Source of the DNA: Anaeramoeba ignava BMAN
Taxonomy: Eukaryota; Protista; Anaeramoebae
DNA length: 64,000 nt
Reading direction: 5' to 3'
NCBI GenBank assembly: GCA_028826165.1
Contig: JAPDFW010000013.1
Coordinates: forward strand, 19,107 to 83,106
Under the pieces are notes generated by a model. It saw nothing but the letters and a program-made list of their open reading frames with translations. It was not told the origin of the DNA and did no database searches. Made by a program: the position numbers and the translations under genes. Of this stretch, positions 62,579-64,000 are shown piece after piece. Every line of letters starts with the position of its first letter. Positions within the stretch are counted from its first letter, which is position 1.

Positions 62579-64000
62579 ATGACAGAAAAAGATTTTCAAC
62601 AAAAATATAAAATTATTAAAAATACAAAGAAATCTTATCTAAACAAAAACAAAACAAGAAGAAAATGATGAACTCCCAAATGCAAATTATGGTTGAAGAT
62701 GAATCAAAAATGGAGTTTATTACAAAAATCAAGTTCAAAATCATCTTTATTCATTAACATTAAATAGCACTCAAGAAGAAATTGATTCTGTTATGAATCT
62801 TCTTCAAGAAGTTGTTATTAAATTTTATGAAAATGAAACTTTAGAAAACAAAAACTACATATGGCTAAAAAAATATAAAGTTCAATTATTAAAATCCCAA
62901 AAAAAACAAAGAAAGCAAAAATTGATTAAAATGGATTCTGTTTTAAATGATATTCAAAAACAAATTCTTCAAATTAAATTAGAAAAAGAAAAAGTTATTG
63001 AAGAAGCAAAAGATATTTTGAAAGAATATTCACTAAATTTAAGAAATACAAACGAGAATTCAATTCAAAAATCAAAATTGCAGCATCAGCTCGAATTAAA
63101 TCAAAATCAAAATCAATTTAAAAATGAAAATGAAAATCAAAATGAAAATGAAAATCAAAATCAAAATCAAAATGAAAATTTAAAAGAAAATCAAAATGAA
63201 AATGAAAATATAAATCAAAATCAAAATGAAAATCAAAATCAAAATCAAAATGAAAATGAAAATGAAAATCAAAATCAAAATCAAATTGAAAATGAAAATC
63301 AAAATCAAAATCAAAATCAAAATGAAAATATAAATCAAAATGAAAATGAAAATCAATTTAAAAATCAAAATGAAAATCAAAATCAAAATGAAAATCAAAA
63401 TCAAAATAAAAATCGAAATCAAAATCAAAATAAAAATAAAAATCAATTTAAAAATCAAAATGAAAATGAAAATCAATTTAAAAATGAAAATGAAAATGAA
63501 AATAAAAATAAAATCAAAAATTCGAATAATGATGTTTCTGTTGAATCTTTACTCACAAAAGTTAGTGATTTGGTTCAAGAAAATTTTTCATTAAGAGAAG
63601 AAATTCGTCAAAAAGATGAATGGATTACTCAAACTAAAAAATTTAATGAAGAAAATAATGATTCAAAAAATCCAATTAATTTGAAAGAAATTATTAAACA
63701 CAAAAAAGAAAAAATTCATCAATTAAAAGAAAAAATTTCAATTTATCAACAATATTTAAGTGATTTTCAATTAGATTTTGATGAAAATCAAAAATTATTG
63801 TTATTTCAAGGAAGTCAAATACATCAACAAAAACAAGAAATTGAATTATTAATGGGAACAAAAAATCAAAATAAAAATCAAAATAAAAATCAAAATCAAA
63901 ACCAAAATGAAAATCAAAATCAAAATGAAAATGAAAATGAAAGTAATAAAATAAAAATCAAATCTAATTCAAAACCAAAAATCAAAACTCAAAATCAAAA
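62579..64000 (+). CDS. Coiled-coil, N/Q/E-rich protein of unknown function (partial; several indels near the 5' end)
   Basis: Long open frame from about 62730 (QVQNHLYSLTLNSTQEEIDSVMNLLQEVV...NQNENEN...) running off the window. Confidence 0.55.

Noticed and set aside
21351-63594. ILILIL / KIKIKI / FNFNFN / IIIK ORFs in the track
   Set aside because: Translations of microsatellites, intron repeats or alternative frames of NQ/NE tracts

Overview
Very AT-rich, gene-dense, intron-containing eukaryotic DNA using the standard code (TAA/TGA stops). The gene families present (expanded RCC1-BTB, ankyrin-BTB, TLDc and FG-GAP surface proteins) and the (ATTAAA)n introns suggest an anaerobic protist such as Anaeramoeba; this is an inference only. 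Housekeeping genes: prefoldin 1, ARF6, NSRP1/CCDC55, a TRAPP Trs65/TRAPPC14-like protein, ALG13, dynein LC8, UCH37, Elongin A and RPL6. Expanded families: 10 RCC1-BTB-BTB paralogs with hypervariable propeller loops (three carry a C-terminal CaaX tail), two ankyrin-repeat genes and four FG-GAP/FN3 single-pass surface proteins. The main hidden content, absent from or only fragmentarily shown in the ORF track, lies at 32.6-38.3 kb on the minus strand. It consists of two adjacent selenoprotein genes, a SelW/Rdx-type gene (CGGU) and a SelK-type gene (GGG-U-GGGNC*), each split by a 1.5-1.9 kb microsatellite intron and each with its own SECIS hairpin, plus a box C/D snoRNA with an LSU rRNA guide. A TLDc gene sits between two ~145-bp tandem arrays that appear to be inverted relative to each other. 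Many ORFs are broken by single-base indels at homopolymers, most likely long-read assembly errors.
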